In this document: in pieces, positions 1 to 9,314 of the stretch
Layout of the letters: each line of letters starts with the position of its first letter
Numbering within the stretch: position 1 is the stretch's first letter
Origin: Comamonadaceae bacterium
GTDB lineage: Bacteria; Pseudomonadota; Gammaproteobacteria; Burkholderiales; Burkholderiaceae_C
Direction: 5' to 3'
NCBI GenBank assembly: GCA_030528485.1
Contig: JAUMYU010000001.1
Span: forward strand, 273-64,272
Length of the DNA: 64,000 bases
Program-made: the position numbers and the translations under genes
Notes under the pieces: generated by a model
What the model saw: only the letters and a program-made list of their open reading frames with translations
The model's database searches: none
What the model was told of the DNA's origin: nothing

Positions 1-620
1 GATGGGGGCGGCGCAGGCGGGGTTTGCTGGTAGTGCACGCGCCAGCCGTCGCTGCTGGCGAAGTAATGGCCCGCGGCGGGGCTGTGGGCGAAGCAGGTTT
101 CGGGGGTGCGCAGGGCGTCTTCACGCAGGCGCAGCGTGGGGGCTTGGCGGCGCTGCTGGTGTTGTTGCTGGCGGCGGCGCTGGAAGAATTGGGCGAGTTG
201 GGCGCTGGCGGCTTCGGCGAGCAGGCCGCGCTCCACCCGCGTGTGGTGGTTGAGCTGGGGCAGGTCGAACAGGTTGATGACGGATCCTGCTGTGCCGGTT
301 TTGGGTTCGCTGGCGGCATAGACGATGCGGGCCAGCCGGGCCTGGAAGATGGCGCCGCTGCACATGGCGCAAGGCTCCAGGGTGATGTAGAGGGTGCAGC
401 CGCCCAGGCGGTGCTGGCCCAGCCGCGCGGCGGCTTCGCGTAGCACGAGCATTTCGGCGTGGGCGGTGGGGTCGCCCAGTTGGCGTGTGCGGTTGTGGTT
501 GCGCGCCAGCAGTTGCCCGTCTTGCACGAGCACGGCGCCGACGGGGACTTCGCCCATATCAGCAGCGCGTTGGGCTTCTTGCAGCGCCAGGTGCATCCAG
601 CGTGTATCTGATAATGGCAT
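1..620 (-). CDS. tadA: tRNA adenosine(34) deaminase TadA with a C-terminal extension; 3' end runs off the window
   Basis: Manual translation from the ATG at 620 (not in the ORF track): MPLSDTRWMHLALQEAQRAADMGEVPVGAVLV...PTAHAEM...LEPCAMC, with HAE and PCxxC zinc-deaminase motifs. The frame stays open to position 1. Confidence 0.9.
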   Translation of the reverse strand, partial: MPLSDTRWMHLALQEAQRAADMGEVPVGAVLVQDGQLLARNHNRTRQLGDPTAHAEMLVLREAAARLGQHRLGGCTLYITLEPCAMCSGAIFQARLARIVYAASEPKTGTAGSVINLFDLPQLNHHTRVERGLLAEAASAQLAQFFQRRRQQQHQQRRQAPTLRLREDALRTPETCFAHSPAAGHYFASSDGWRVHYQQTPPAPPP

Positions 621-621
621 T

Positions 622-696
622 TTCTAATTCAAAAGGAAATAAAAATGCCTTGTTTCGGCATGTTGGTATTCAAATGATTTTTACTTTGTTATGTAA
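622..696 (+). repeat. AT-rich inverted-arm element, copy 1 (75 bp)
   Basis: TTCTAATTCAAA...TGTTTCGGCA...TTTGTTATGTAA, flanked by the 10-bp direct repeat ATAATGGCAT (611-620 and 699-708). Confidence 0.9.
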
Positions 697-713
697 ATAT
701 AATGGCATGGCGC

Positions 714-1991
714 TCAGTCCTGGCCGGTGATGGTGAGGCGGGTGCCTTCGGCGATTTGGTCGTCGGGCTGGAGGATGACGAGCTCGCCTTCGCCCAGGCC
801 CTGGGTGATTTGGGCGCTGGTGTCCGAGCGCAGGCCGATTTGCACGGGGGTGGCGCGGGCGCGGGGGGCGCGCGATTGGGGGCCGTCCACGCGATAGACG
901 CTCCAGCCGCCCGCATCGCCTTCGGCGCTGGCGCGCCCTGTGCCGGGGGTGCGAAAAAGGGCGCTGCCAGGCACTTGCAGGGCGCTGGGCAGTTGGTGGG
1001 TGATGAATTCCACGTCCACACGGTAGGCGTCGCCCAGCGCGGCCCATTGGCTGCGGGGGCTGTCGAAGTCGAGGATGACGCGGGTGCGCTGCTCTTGCAC
1101 GCCCAGGGCGGAGGTTTTGGTAAAGCCGCCCGGTTCAATGCTGCGCACGCGCGCGTGCAGGGTGTGAGGGCCGCCCCAGCGCAGGATGCGCGCGGGCATG
1201 CCGGGGGCCAGGCGTACGGCATCGGCGGAGAGGACTTCGACTTCAATTTCCAGCTCGGCGGGGTCGCCGATTTCCAGCAAGGTTTCGCCCGCAGCGACGG
1301 GGGCGGCGCTTTCGCGCAGGCGGCGCAGCACGAGGCCGTCGGCGGGGGCGGTGATGGGCAGGGAGCGGGGCTGGGCGTTGGCATTGGCGGCTGGGGTTGG
1401 GGTTTGCCCTTCCAGCAGTTGCGCCTGGGCGATGCGGATGCGCTCTTGCGCGCTGCGTTCTTCGGCGCGGGCGGCGGCCAGGTTGGCGCGGGTGGTGTCG
1501 GCGCGGGTGCGGGCCTGGTCGAGCTGCTCGCGCGAGGCCGCGCCTGCGGCTTGCAGCGGGGTGAGGCGGTCGAGGTCGGCGCGGGCCTGGCGCTGGGCGG
1601 CCTGGGCGGCGGCGGTGTGTTGTTGAGCGGCGGTCAGGGCGGCCTGGGCGGCGCGCACCTGGGCCTGGGCCTGGCTGCGCGAGCGCACATCCAGCAAGGC
1701 GGCGCTGGCCGGTTCGATGTACGCCAGGGCGTCGCCCGCGCGCACGCGCTCGCCTGGTTGCAAGGCGATGCGCCGCAGGGTGCCGGAGACGGGGGCGGCG
1801 ATGAGGTAACGCTGCTTGAGGCGGGTTTTGCCTTCTTCGGTGAAGGTGACTTCCAGCGGCGCTTGCACGGCTTTGGCGGTGGTGACGAGTTGGGCGTCTT
1901 CGCGCAGGGTGAAGAAAACCAGGGCGAATGCGGCGCCCAGGCCCAGCACGGTGGTGAGGATTTTGCTTGTCGGGAACTTGCGTTGGGTCAT
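714..1991 (-). CDS. Efflux periplasmic adaptor (HlyD/MacA-like membrane fusion protein)
   Basis: N-terminal TM segment, lipoyl half-motifs (IAAPVSG, ITAPADG), coiled coil; downstream of an ABC permease and ATPase. Confidence 0.85.
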   Translation of the reverse strand: MTQRKFPTSKILTTVLGLGAAFALVFFTLREDAQLVTTAKAVQAPLEVTFTEEGKTRLKQRYLIAAPVSGTLRRIALQPGERVRAGDALAYIEPASAALLDVRSRSQAQAQVRAAQAALTAAQQHTAAAQAAQRQARADLDRLTPLQAAGAASREQLDQARTRADTTRANLAAARAEERSAQERIRIAQAQLLEGQTPTPAANANAQPRSLPITAPADGLVLRRLRESAAPVAAGETLLEIGDPAELEIEVEVLSADAVRLAPGMPARILRWGGPHTLHARVRSIEPGGFTKTSALGVQEQRTRVILDFDSPRSQWAALGDAYRVDVEFITHQLPSALQVPGSALFRTPGTGRASAEGDAGGWSVYRVDGPQSRAPRARATPVQIGLRSDTSAQITQGLGEGELVILQPDDQIAEGTRLTITGQD

Positions 1992-2017
1992 GGCGGAGGT
2001 CTTGTCGGCAATGAGTT

Positions 2018-2102
2018 TTGCAATTCAATAGGGTGTTTATGTTTTCAATTTTCGATTTGCATGTTGCCTAAATCAATCGATGATATTTCCTTTGATTTGT
2101 AA
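2018..2102 (-). repeat. AT-rich inverted-arm element, copy 2 (85 bp variant)
   Basis: Reverse complement TTACAAATCAAAGGAAAT...TTTAGGCA...ATTGAATTGCAA; distal half 11 bp longer than in the other copies. Confidence 0.75.
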
Positions 2103-2110
2103 TAATGGGG

Positions 2111-4477
2111 CTATTCACGCGTTTTGAGCACGCCGATGAGGTCGAGCCGGCGCACGCGCCAGTTCACGGCCAGGGCGGAGAGGGTGGCGCTGATGACGGT
2201 GACCAGCGAGGGGAAGGCGTAGGTGGCGGCGCTCATGACCAGCGGGATGCGGAACAGCTCTGACTGCATGCTTTCGGTGATGAACAGGGTGAGCGCGTAG
2301 CCTGCGGCCACGCCCAGGGGCAGGGCGGCGATGACGAGCAAGACCAGCTCGCCGATGAGGATGTAGCTGACCTCGCCTTTGGAAAAGCCCAGCACGCGCA
2401 GACTGGCCAGCTCGCGGCTGCGCTCGGAGAGGGACATGCGCGCGGAGTTGTAAACGACGCCGAAGTTGACGATCACCCCCATGAGCACGGCCATCATGGT
2501 GAACAGGCCGGTGAATTCGCCAATGCTTTTGCGGTAGTTGCGCAGGGCTTCGCGGTGCGATTGCGCGCCGCGCACCAGCGGGCGGCCATCGAGCGTGTGC
2601 AGCACGGCGTTTTCGGCGCGGGAATCGATGGTGAGGAAGGCGCCGCTGATGCGCTCGCCTTCGCCCAGGGCGCGGTTGAGGGCGTCCAGCTCCATATAGG
2701 CGTTCATGCCCAGCAGCTCGTTGACCAGCCGCACCACGGGCAGGCGCAGGCGCGGCTGACGGCCTTCGAGGACTTCGACTTCGACCCAATCGCCCAGGCC
2801 CACGCCGAGTTTTTGCGCCAGGTAGCTGCCCAGCACCAGGCCGGAGGCAGGTATCTCCAGCGGGCGCAGCTTTTGGTCCACGGGGCGGCGCAACAGGCTG
2901 CCAGCGGGCAGCCCTTCGATGCTGGTGAGCACTTCGCGCTGCGCTTGGCGGATGCGCACAGCCACCATGCGCATGCCTTCGGCCTGGTACACGCCGGGGA
3001 TGGCGCGCAGCTCGTCAAGGGCGCGCGGCGGGCGCGCTTCGGTGAAGTTGACGGAGATGTCGTACTGCCGCGCCAGGCGAAATTCCAGCGCGAGGATGTG
3101 GTTGATGGAGTTGGTCTGGAATTTGGACATCATGACGATGCCGCTGGCGACGGCCAGGCCGAGGATGGTGAGCAGAGCTTTGATGGGGCGGCGCTCAATT
3201 TGGCGCAGCACCATGCGCGTGGGCTGGGAAAGCCAGCGCGTCAGGCCCAGGCGCTCCATCCAGGTGCGGCGGTAGCGTTCGGGCGCCAGCGGGCGCATGG
3301 CCTGGGCCACAGGCTCGGCCGCAGCGCCAAAAACGGCGTGGCCCGTGCCTGCCAGCGCGGCGATGAGGCTGATGGCCGCGCCGGTGAGCACGACGCGGGC
3401 GTTGAGGGAGAAGGCCAGGTAGGGGAAGCGGAAGTTTTCCTGGTATAGCGCCGAGAGGTGGATGCCCAGCCAAATGCCAAATAAAACGCCCAGCACGATG
3501 CCCAGCAGGCAAATGAGGCTGACGATGAGGGCGTAATGCAGCGCGACTTGCCTGGTGGAGTAGCCAAAGGCTTTGAGGATGGCGATCTGGTCGCGCTGCA
3601 TGCCGATGAGGCGCTTGAAGACGACATTGAGCAAAAAGGCGGCCACAGCCAGGAAGATGGCAGGAAAGATCCGCGCCATGGTGGAGAGCTGGCGCAGCTC
3701 CTCATGCAGGAAGCGGTAGGAGAGCTGCTCCATGCGGCCCATGGCGCCCAGGCCGCCGTAGCGGGCGAGGGTGCGGTTGACCGCGTCGATGACGTCTTGC
3801 TCGTGGGCGCCGGGGCCGAGGCGGAAAACGGCCTGGTTGAAAGCGCCTTCCATATCCATGGCGGCGGCCAGGGCATGCCGTGGCGCCCAGACGATGGCGT
3901 AACGCTTGTAGTCGGGGAACAGGGCGCCGTGCGCGATTTGGTTGAGGTGCTCGGCAGAGGTGGCTATGCCGGCGATCTTGAACCACTGCGCGCGCCCGCG
4001 GATGGTGATGCGCAGCCTTGCGCCCGGGGTGAGCTGGTGCGCCTGGGCAAAGCCATCGCTGATGAGAACTTCGTCTTGCGCGCCCGGGGCCATCATGCGG
4101 CCGGCGCGCAGGTACAGCAGGTTTTGCCGCGGATGGGCATCGTCGGGCAGGGATTGCATCAGCGCCAGCGCCGGCTCGCCAAAGCCGGGTATCTGGATTT
4201 TGGCGTTGGCGACGATGCGTGGCTCGACTTCGACCACGCCGGGAATTTCGCCCAGTTGCTGCGCCACGGAAAGGGGCGCGCGTGTGATGTGCGCCCACAG
4301 GTGCGAAAAGCGCTGCTGCTGGTAGAGCTGCGCGCGTGTGTAGCTGAGCGAGTCCAGCGTGGCTTGCGACATGACCAGCATGGCGATGCCTGCCGCGATG
4401 ACCAGCGCAATGGCCAGGGCCTGGCCGCGGATCAGCCAAAGGTCGCGCAGGGCTTTGCGGTGCAGGGCGTTCAGCAT
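2111..4477 (-). CDS. ABC transporter permease, FtsX/MacB family (duplicated domains)
   Basis: 788 aa with two FtsX-like halves ([11 protein letters not shown]; [12 protein letters not shown]). Confidence 0.88.
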   Translation of the reverse strand: MLNALHRKALRDLWLIRGQALAIALVIAAGIAMLVMSQATLDSLSYTRAQLYQQQRFSHLWAHITRAPLSVAQQLGEIPGVVEVEPRIVANAKIQIPGFGEPALALMQSLPDDAHPRQNLLYLRAGRMMAPGAQDEVLISDGFAQAHQLTPGARLRITIRGRAQWFKIAGIATSAEHLNQIAHGALFPDYKRYAIVWAPRHALAAAMDMEGAFNQAVFRLGPGAHEQDVIDAVNRTLARYGGLGAMGRMEQLSYRFLHEELRQLSTMARIFPAIFLAVAAFLLNVVFKRLIGMQRDQIAILKAFGYSTRQVALHYALIVSLICLLGIVLGVLFGIWLGIHLSALYQENFRFPYLAFSLNARVVLTGAAISLIAALAGTGHAVFGAAAEPVAQAMRPLAPERYRRTWMERLGLTRWLSQPTRMVLRQIERRPIKALLTILGLAVASGIVMMSKFQTNSINHILALEFRLARQYDISVNFTEARPPRALDELRAIPGVYQAEGMRMVAVRIRQAQREVLTSIEGLPAGSLLRRPVDQKLRPLEIPASGLVLGSYLAQKLGVGLGDWVEVEVLEGRQPRLRLPVVRLVNELLGMNAYMELDALNRALGEGERISGAFLTIDSRAENAVLHTLDGRPLVRGAQSHREALRNYRKSIGEFTGLFTMMAVLMGVIVNFGVVYNSARMSLSERSRELASLRVLGFSKGEVSYILIGELVLLVIAALPLGVAAGYALTLFITESMQSELFRIPLVMSAATYAFPSLVTVISATLSALAVNWRVRRLDLIGVLKTRE

Positions 4478-4511
4478 GGGGGCAGGCTCACGTCATCTAT
4501 GAAGGTGCGCG

Positions 4512-5246
4512 TCACCATTGCAGCTCGCGCGCGTGGATGGGTTGGGCGTTGCGCTGTTCGCGCACGATTTGCCCGTCTTGCATCCACAGCACGCGCTGGG
4601 CCATGCGGGCGATGTCGGCGTTGTGGGTGATGATGATGGTGGTGGTGCCCATATCGGCGTTGACGCGCTCCAGCGCCTCCAGCACGCGCACGCCGGTGCC
4701 TGAGTCCAGCGCGCCGGTGGGCTCGTCACACAGCATGACCACGGGCCGTTTGGCAATGGCGCGCGCAATGGCTACGCGCTGCTGCTCGCCGCCGGAGAGC
4801 TGGGCGGGGAAGTGGTCCAGGCGATCACCCAGGCCCACCAGCTCCAGCGCATCGGCAGGAGGCATGGGGTCAGGGGCGATTTCGGTGACGATGGCGACGT
4901 TCTCCCGCGCCGTCAGGCTGGGGATGAGGTTGTAGAACTGAAAGACAAAGCCGACGTTGTCACGCCGAAAACGGGTGAGTTCCGCATCGCTGGCATGGCT
5001 GAGATCCTGGCCGTGGTACCAGACTTGTCCGCTGCTGGGCACGTCCAGCCCGCCGAGGATGTTCAACAACGTTGATTTGCCACTGCCCGAGGGGCCTAGC
5101 ATGACGACGAATTCGCCTTCGTAAAGCTCCAGATCAATGCCGCGTAGCGCGTGGACTTCGACATCGCCCATGCGGTAAACCTTGCCCAGCCCTTGGGCGC
5201 GGAAGATGCAGGCAGGGGCAGATGCGGTAAGGGGCGCAGTGGGCAT
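4512..5246 (-). CDS. ABC transporter ATP-binding protein (LolD/MacB-like)
   Basis: Walker [10 protein letters not shown], signature LSGGEQQRV, Walker B LCDEPTG. Confidence 0.92.
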   Translation of the reverse strand: MPTAPLTASAPACIFRAQGLGKVYRMGDVEVHALRGIDLELYEGEFVVMLGPSGSGKSTLLNILGGLDVPSSGQVWYHGQDLSHASDAELTRFRRDNVGFVFQFYNLIPSLTARENVAIVTEIAPDPMPPADALELVGLGDRLDHFPAQLSGGEQQRVAIARAIAKRPVVMLCDEPTGALDSGTGVRVLEALERVNADMGTTTIIITHNADIARMAQRVLWMQDGQIVREQRNAQPIHARELQW

Positions 5247-5383
5247 GGGGCATCCTTGCGAGAGATTCTTGTTGGAAGTGTACTCCCGGGATTGTTTGGC
5301 GATACCTGAAGCGGCACTTCGCGGGAAAAAGGGTGCAAGCGTTATGCTGTGCCGCTGTTTGAGATAGGCAATTGGGAGAAATC

Positions 5384-7276
5384 ATGTGCACTTCCACTGA
5401 AAAATATGGGCGGGATGAACCCGGCTGTACCGACGCCGTGCCGTCCGTGCGCCCGGCCGTGCATTGGCAGGCGTTTTTATCCACCCTGGGAATGTTTGCT
5501 GCTGCGCTGTTGATGGGCAGTGGGGTGGTTTTTTTCGTGGCCTACAACTGGGATGCGTTGGATCGCTTTTCGCGGCTGGGCATTGGTGCCGGCGCCGTAT
5601 GCGGGGCCACGGTCTTGACTTTGTGCGCCCGCCCGCATTCCGTGCCGTGGCGCGCCGGGTCGTTACTGGTGTGTATTTGCACGGGGGCGTTGCTGGCGTT
5701 GATTGGGCAGATTTACCAGACGGGCGCCGATATTTGGCAGTTGTTTGCCGCGTGGGCTGCGCTGATGTTGCCTGTGGTGTTGATCGGGCGCACGCGGGAG
5801 TTGTGGCTGCTGTGGCTGTTGGTGGCTGGCCAGGCCTTGTTTCGCTGGGCCTGGCTGGAGTTTGGACGCCGGTCACTGTTTTGGGGGCTGTTTGGCGGAA
5901 TGGGGGCAGAGCCTTTTGTTTGGTTGGGGGTGTTTTATGCCGTCATGCTGGCCGTGTTGCATCTGGGGCGGCAATACCTGTTGAGGCATCCCTTGGGCTG
6001 GTTGCACGCGCTGCTTTGTGTGGCGGCGCTGGCGTGCCTCTGCTGTGCAGCGATGTTTGAGCGGGGCAGCTATGAGGTGCTTTATGTGGTTTTCGCCTTG
6101 CTGTGTGGGGGGTGGGCCTATCAATATAAAGACAGCGTGGTGCTGGCGGCGGTGTATGGCAGCGTGATGGCGCAGGGCATACCGCGTCTATGGGATTGGT
6201 TTGATGAGCCGCTGTTGATTGCGGTGTGGGTTTTGCTGGTTTCTGGTGTGGGGGGGCGCCATGCGTTGGCCGTTTGGCGGGAAAAGCGTGCGGAATGCGC
6301 TGTTGCGGTGGCGAATGCGCCGCAAGAAGTGCGCCAAGGGGCCGCATCGCCCTGGTGGTTGCATGCTTTGATGGCTTTTTCTGCCTGGTTGGCCGCAGTT
6401 TTTGGGGTTGGCGGATTGGTGGGGTTAATGCCCCAAATGCTCCAACTCCCTTTCTCATTGACGGGGATAGGGGTGATTGCCGTAGGCATCAAACTGATGC
6501 GCCAGCGGGAGGAGGGTGTTTTTATTCGGCAACTAGGCTTTGCCTTTTCCGTGGTGGGGCAGATGTGGTTGAGCCTGACTTTTGTAGATGAGGTTGGGTC
6601 GTGGTCTGTGATGTGCCTTTTTGCGGCAGCGGTGGCGCTTGTGTGCAGTTTGGCGCGCAGTCCACAGACGCACCGCGTGTTGTGCTTGGTGGCCGCATGG
6701 GTGTGTTTTTTGCTGGCTTTGCTCGATTACGACGTTGAATTGCGCTGGATGCTACTGATGGTGTTTGCCGTCAGCTTTGCGGGCTGGCTCTGCTTTTATA
6801 CAGCGAGGGCGCAGACGTGGTGGAACGCTTTTTGGCATGCCAGTACGTTTGTGGCGCTGCTGCTGGCTTTGGGCGTGCCACAGTTTTTCTCTCCGCTAGA
6901 GGAGAGCTCCCGGGTGCAATGGCTCATGCCTGCATGCGCTGCTTTGCTTTGGCTGGGGTGTCTGGGCGCGTTGTACAGCTATCGCCGGCAGACATGGCAT
7001 GGGTGGATGGCGGTTGCCATCGCTCTAAGTGGCTTGGCTTGGAGCATGCCATTTTTCCTGATGGCGCTGGCATTGGCGCTGGTGCTGTTTGAACGCAGGC
7101 AGCGCGTGTGGTTGGATGTGGCGCTGCTGGTGTGTATCGCGCTGATGGGTGTTTATTACTACGCTATGGATGTCAGCCTGCTGCACAAATCTGTGAGTTT
7201 GATGGCCGCTGGCGCGATCACGGCGCTGGTGACGGGGTTGAACAGGCCGCGCAATGCGGGTTTCTGGCGACCGTAA
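5384..7276 (+). CDS. Polytopic membrane protein, probable DUF2157-DUF4401 fusion
   Basis: GVVFFVAYNW and LALIGQIYQTGAD motifs, many TM segments; followed by a GDYXXLXY gene. Confidence 0.7.
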   Translation: MCTSTEKYGRDEPGCTDAVPSVRPAVHWQAFLSTLGMFAAALLMGSGVVFFVAYNWDALDRFSRLGIGAGAVCGATVLTLCARPHSVPWRAGSLLVCICTGALLALIGQIYQTGADIWQLFAAWAALMLPVVLIGRTRELWLLWLLVAGQALFRWAWLEFGRRSLFWGLFGGMGAEPFVWLGVFYAVMLAVLHLGRQYLLRHPLGWLHALLCVAALACLCCAAMFERGSYEVLYVVFALLCGGWAYQYKDSVVLAAVYGSVMAQGIPRLWDWFDEPLLIAVWVLLVSGVGGRHALAVWREKRAECAVAVANAPQEVRQGAASPWWLHALMAFSAWLAAVFGVGGLVGLMPQMLQLPFSLTGIGVIAVGIKLMRQREEGVFIRQLGFAFSVVGQMWLSLTFVDEVGSWSVMCLFAAAVALVCSLARSPQTHRVLCLVAAWVCFLLALLDYDVELRWMLLMVFAVSFAGWLCFYTARAQTWWNAFWHASTFVALLLALGVPQFFSPLEESSRVQWLMPACAALLWLGCLGALYSYRRQTWHGWMAVAIALSGLAWSMPFFLMALALALVLFERRQRVWLDVALLVCIALMGVYYYAMDVSLLHKSVSLMAAGAITALVTGLNRPRNAGFWRP

Positions 7277-7299
7277 GCGATGCTAAGGAGGACGATGTA

Positions 7300-7833
7300 A
7301 TGAAAAATTGGGCTGTAGGTGTGCGTTGGGCGCTTGTTGCCGCTTGTTTGCTGGTGTTGGCGGCGGCGGCCTGGTCGGTCTGGCAATTCGAGCGGGTTTT
7401 ACGGCAGGGGCAAACCGTGTTGCTGGAATTGGCGCCCGTCGATCCGCGCTCGCTGATGCAAGGCGATTACATGGCTTTGCGTTATGCACTGGAAACCCAT
7501 TTGGAGCCGTTCGGCAAAAGCGTGTTGCAAGAGCAGCCACGTTTTGCCTATCTCAATCTGGATGCGCAAAATCGCGCGTCATGGGCAGGAGTTGGGGAGG
7601 ATGTCCGGCTTTCGGCTCAAGCGGCATCTGCACCTCGTGTGGTGTCCGTGCGCATTCGCCCAGGCCGATGGGGGGCGCGTTTAGGGCCGAATGCCTTTTT
7701 CTTCCAAGAGGGGACTGCGCAACAGTATGAAGAAGCGCGCTGGGGGGAGTTCAAAGTGGCGTCCGACGGTCGCGCTCTGCTGGTGGCATTGCGGGATGCA
7801 GATCTCAACTTGCTTGGGGACAATCGCTTTTGA
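7300..7833 (+). CDS. GDYXXLXY domain membrane-anchored protein
   Basis: LAPVDPRSLMQGDYMALRY motif; SD AAGGAGG upstream of the ATG at 7300. Confidence 0.85.
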   Translation: MKNWAVGVRWALVAACLLVLAAAAWSVWQFERVLRQGQTVLLELAPVDPRSLMQGDYMALRYALETHLEPFGKSVLQEQPRFAYLNLDAQNRASWAGVGEDVRLSAQAASAPRVVSVRIRPGRWGARLGPNAFFFQEGTAQQYEEARWGEFKVASDGRALLVALRDADLNLLGDNRF

Positions 7834-8041
7834 GATGGTGCGTGGCGTGTCTGCCTGCTCTTTGAAGACAACTGAAAGTAAAGACTGAGAGAAGTTCAAT
7901 GACCCTACTGTAAAAGGGTACAATTTCTCGCTCCTTTAGCTTCTTGCAATTGGCAACGGTTAAAGGGTGAGGCTCTGCCGGAGGGTGTTCTCTGTGCAGG
8001 TGTCGTTTCTGTGATGTTGGAGTGTTTTCCAAGAGGTACTT

Positions 8042-9286
8042 ATGAAGAAGCTGGCCCTCCTTGCAGCGGCACTGCTGGCCTCCACCCTGTTGGCGGGCTG
8101 CGACTGGACGCTGATCAATCCGTCTGGTTATATGGCCAAGCAGCAAAGCAACCTGATGATGTTTTCCGTCTGGTTGATGCTGCTGGTCATCGTGCCGGTG
8201 ATTTTTCTTGTTTTGTTTTTTAGCTGGAAGTATCGCCGTGGCGGGTCTTCGGCTAACTATGACGCCGAGTTTTATCACTCCAATAAATTGGAGGTGGTGA
8301 TCTGGGGTGTGCCTATCTGCATCATTATTGTGCTGGCAACAGTGACTTGGGGTTCGACGCATTTGCTCGATCCCTATCGCCCATTGGTTCGCATCGATAC
8401 CAATACCAGGATCGCTGGCATGGATGAAGAGTTGGGTTGGGTCAAGCGTGTTACCACCAAGGTGATTGATCCAGGTCGCGAGACTAATCCTGCTGTGGTG
8501 GAGACTAAGCCGTTGGTGATTGAGGTGGCCTCGCTGGATTGGAAATGGATGTTTGTGTATCCTGAGCAGGGTATTGCAACTATTAATGAGGTGGTGGCGC
8601 CGGTGAATCGGCCTATTCATTTCAAGATTACCTCGGCCTCGACAATGAATTCGTTTTTCATTCCTGCCTTGTCGGGGCAGATCTATGCTATGCCAGGCAT
8701 GCAGACGCAACTGCACGCGGTTATGAATAAAGAAGGGGTGTATAAGGGCTTTTCTTCTAACTACACCGGGCATGGTTTTAGTCAAATGTACTTTAATTTC
8801 CATAGCGTAACCAATGCGGGTTTTGATGAATGGGTGGCTAAAGTGCGTAGCTCATCCAAAGTGCTTGATCGTGCCGAGTACATTGCGCTGGATGTGCGTA
8901 ACCAGGCCGATGAGCGTGGCTTTATCAAGTATTTTGGTGTTCGCCACTATGGATCTGTTGAAGATGGTCTCTATTCTGCCGTGCTGAATATGTGTGTGAT
9001 GCCGGGCATGATGTGTGCAGACGAGATGATGGCTATCGATTTGGCGGGTGGTGTAGAGGATGAAGCGCAAGCGCGGGCAAATTTTAAGCGTCTGCGCTAT
9101 GACAGTCGCTGGACTACCCGGACTCAACTCGACTTGGCTGAATTCTCTGACATTATCCCGGGTGCTTTTATTTGTACGACGGATACGATCGATGCCGATT
9201 TGGCTGCTGGTGCTGTGCGGGCCGCTTCCGGAAAGGTTCGGCTGGATAAAGTCAGTCTCGATGCTGCAACTTCTCCCGTTCTCTGA
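8042..9286 (+). CDS. cyoA: Cytochrome bo3 ubiquinol oxidase subunit II
   Basis: Lipobox LAGC, two TMs, LDWKWMFVYP, MNSFFIPALSGQIYAMPGM. Confidence 0.93.
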   Translation: MKKLALLAAALLASTLLAGCDWTLINPSGYMAKQQSNLMMFSVWLMLLVIVPVIFLVLFFSWKYRRGGSSANYDAEFYHSNKLEVVIWGVPICIIIVLATVTWGSTHLLDPYRPLVRIDTNTRIAGMDEELGWVKRVTTKVIDPGRETNPAVVETKPLVIEVASLDWKWMFVYPEQGIATINEVVAPVNRPIHFKITSASTMNSFFIPALSGQIYAMPGMQTQLHAVMNKEGVYKGFSSNYTGHGFSQMYFNFHSVTNAGFDEWVAKVRSSSKVLDRAEYIALDVRNQADERGFIKYFGVRHYGSVEDGLYSAVLNMCVMPGMMCADEMMAIDLAGGVEDEAQARANFKRLRYDSRWTTRTQLDLAEFSDIIPGAFICTTDTIDADLAAGAVRAASGKVRLDKVSLDAATSPVL

Positions 9287-9314
9287 GTGATTCTGTCAGA
9301 AAGTTAGGATAACA

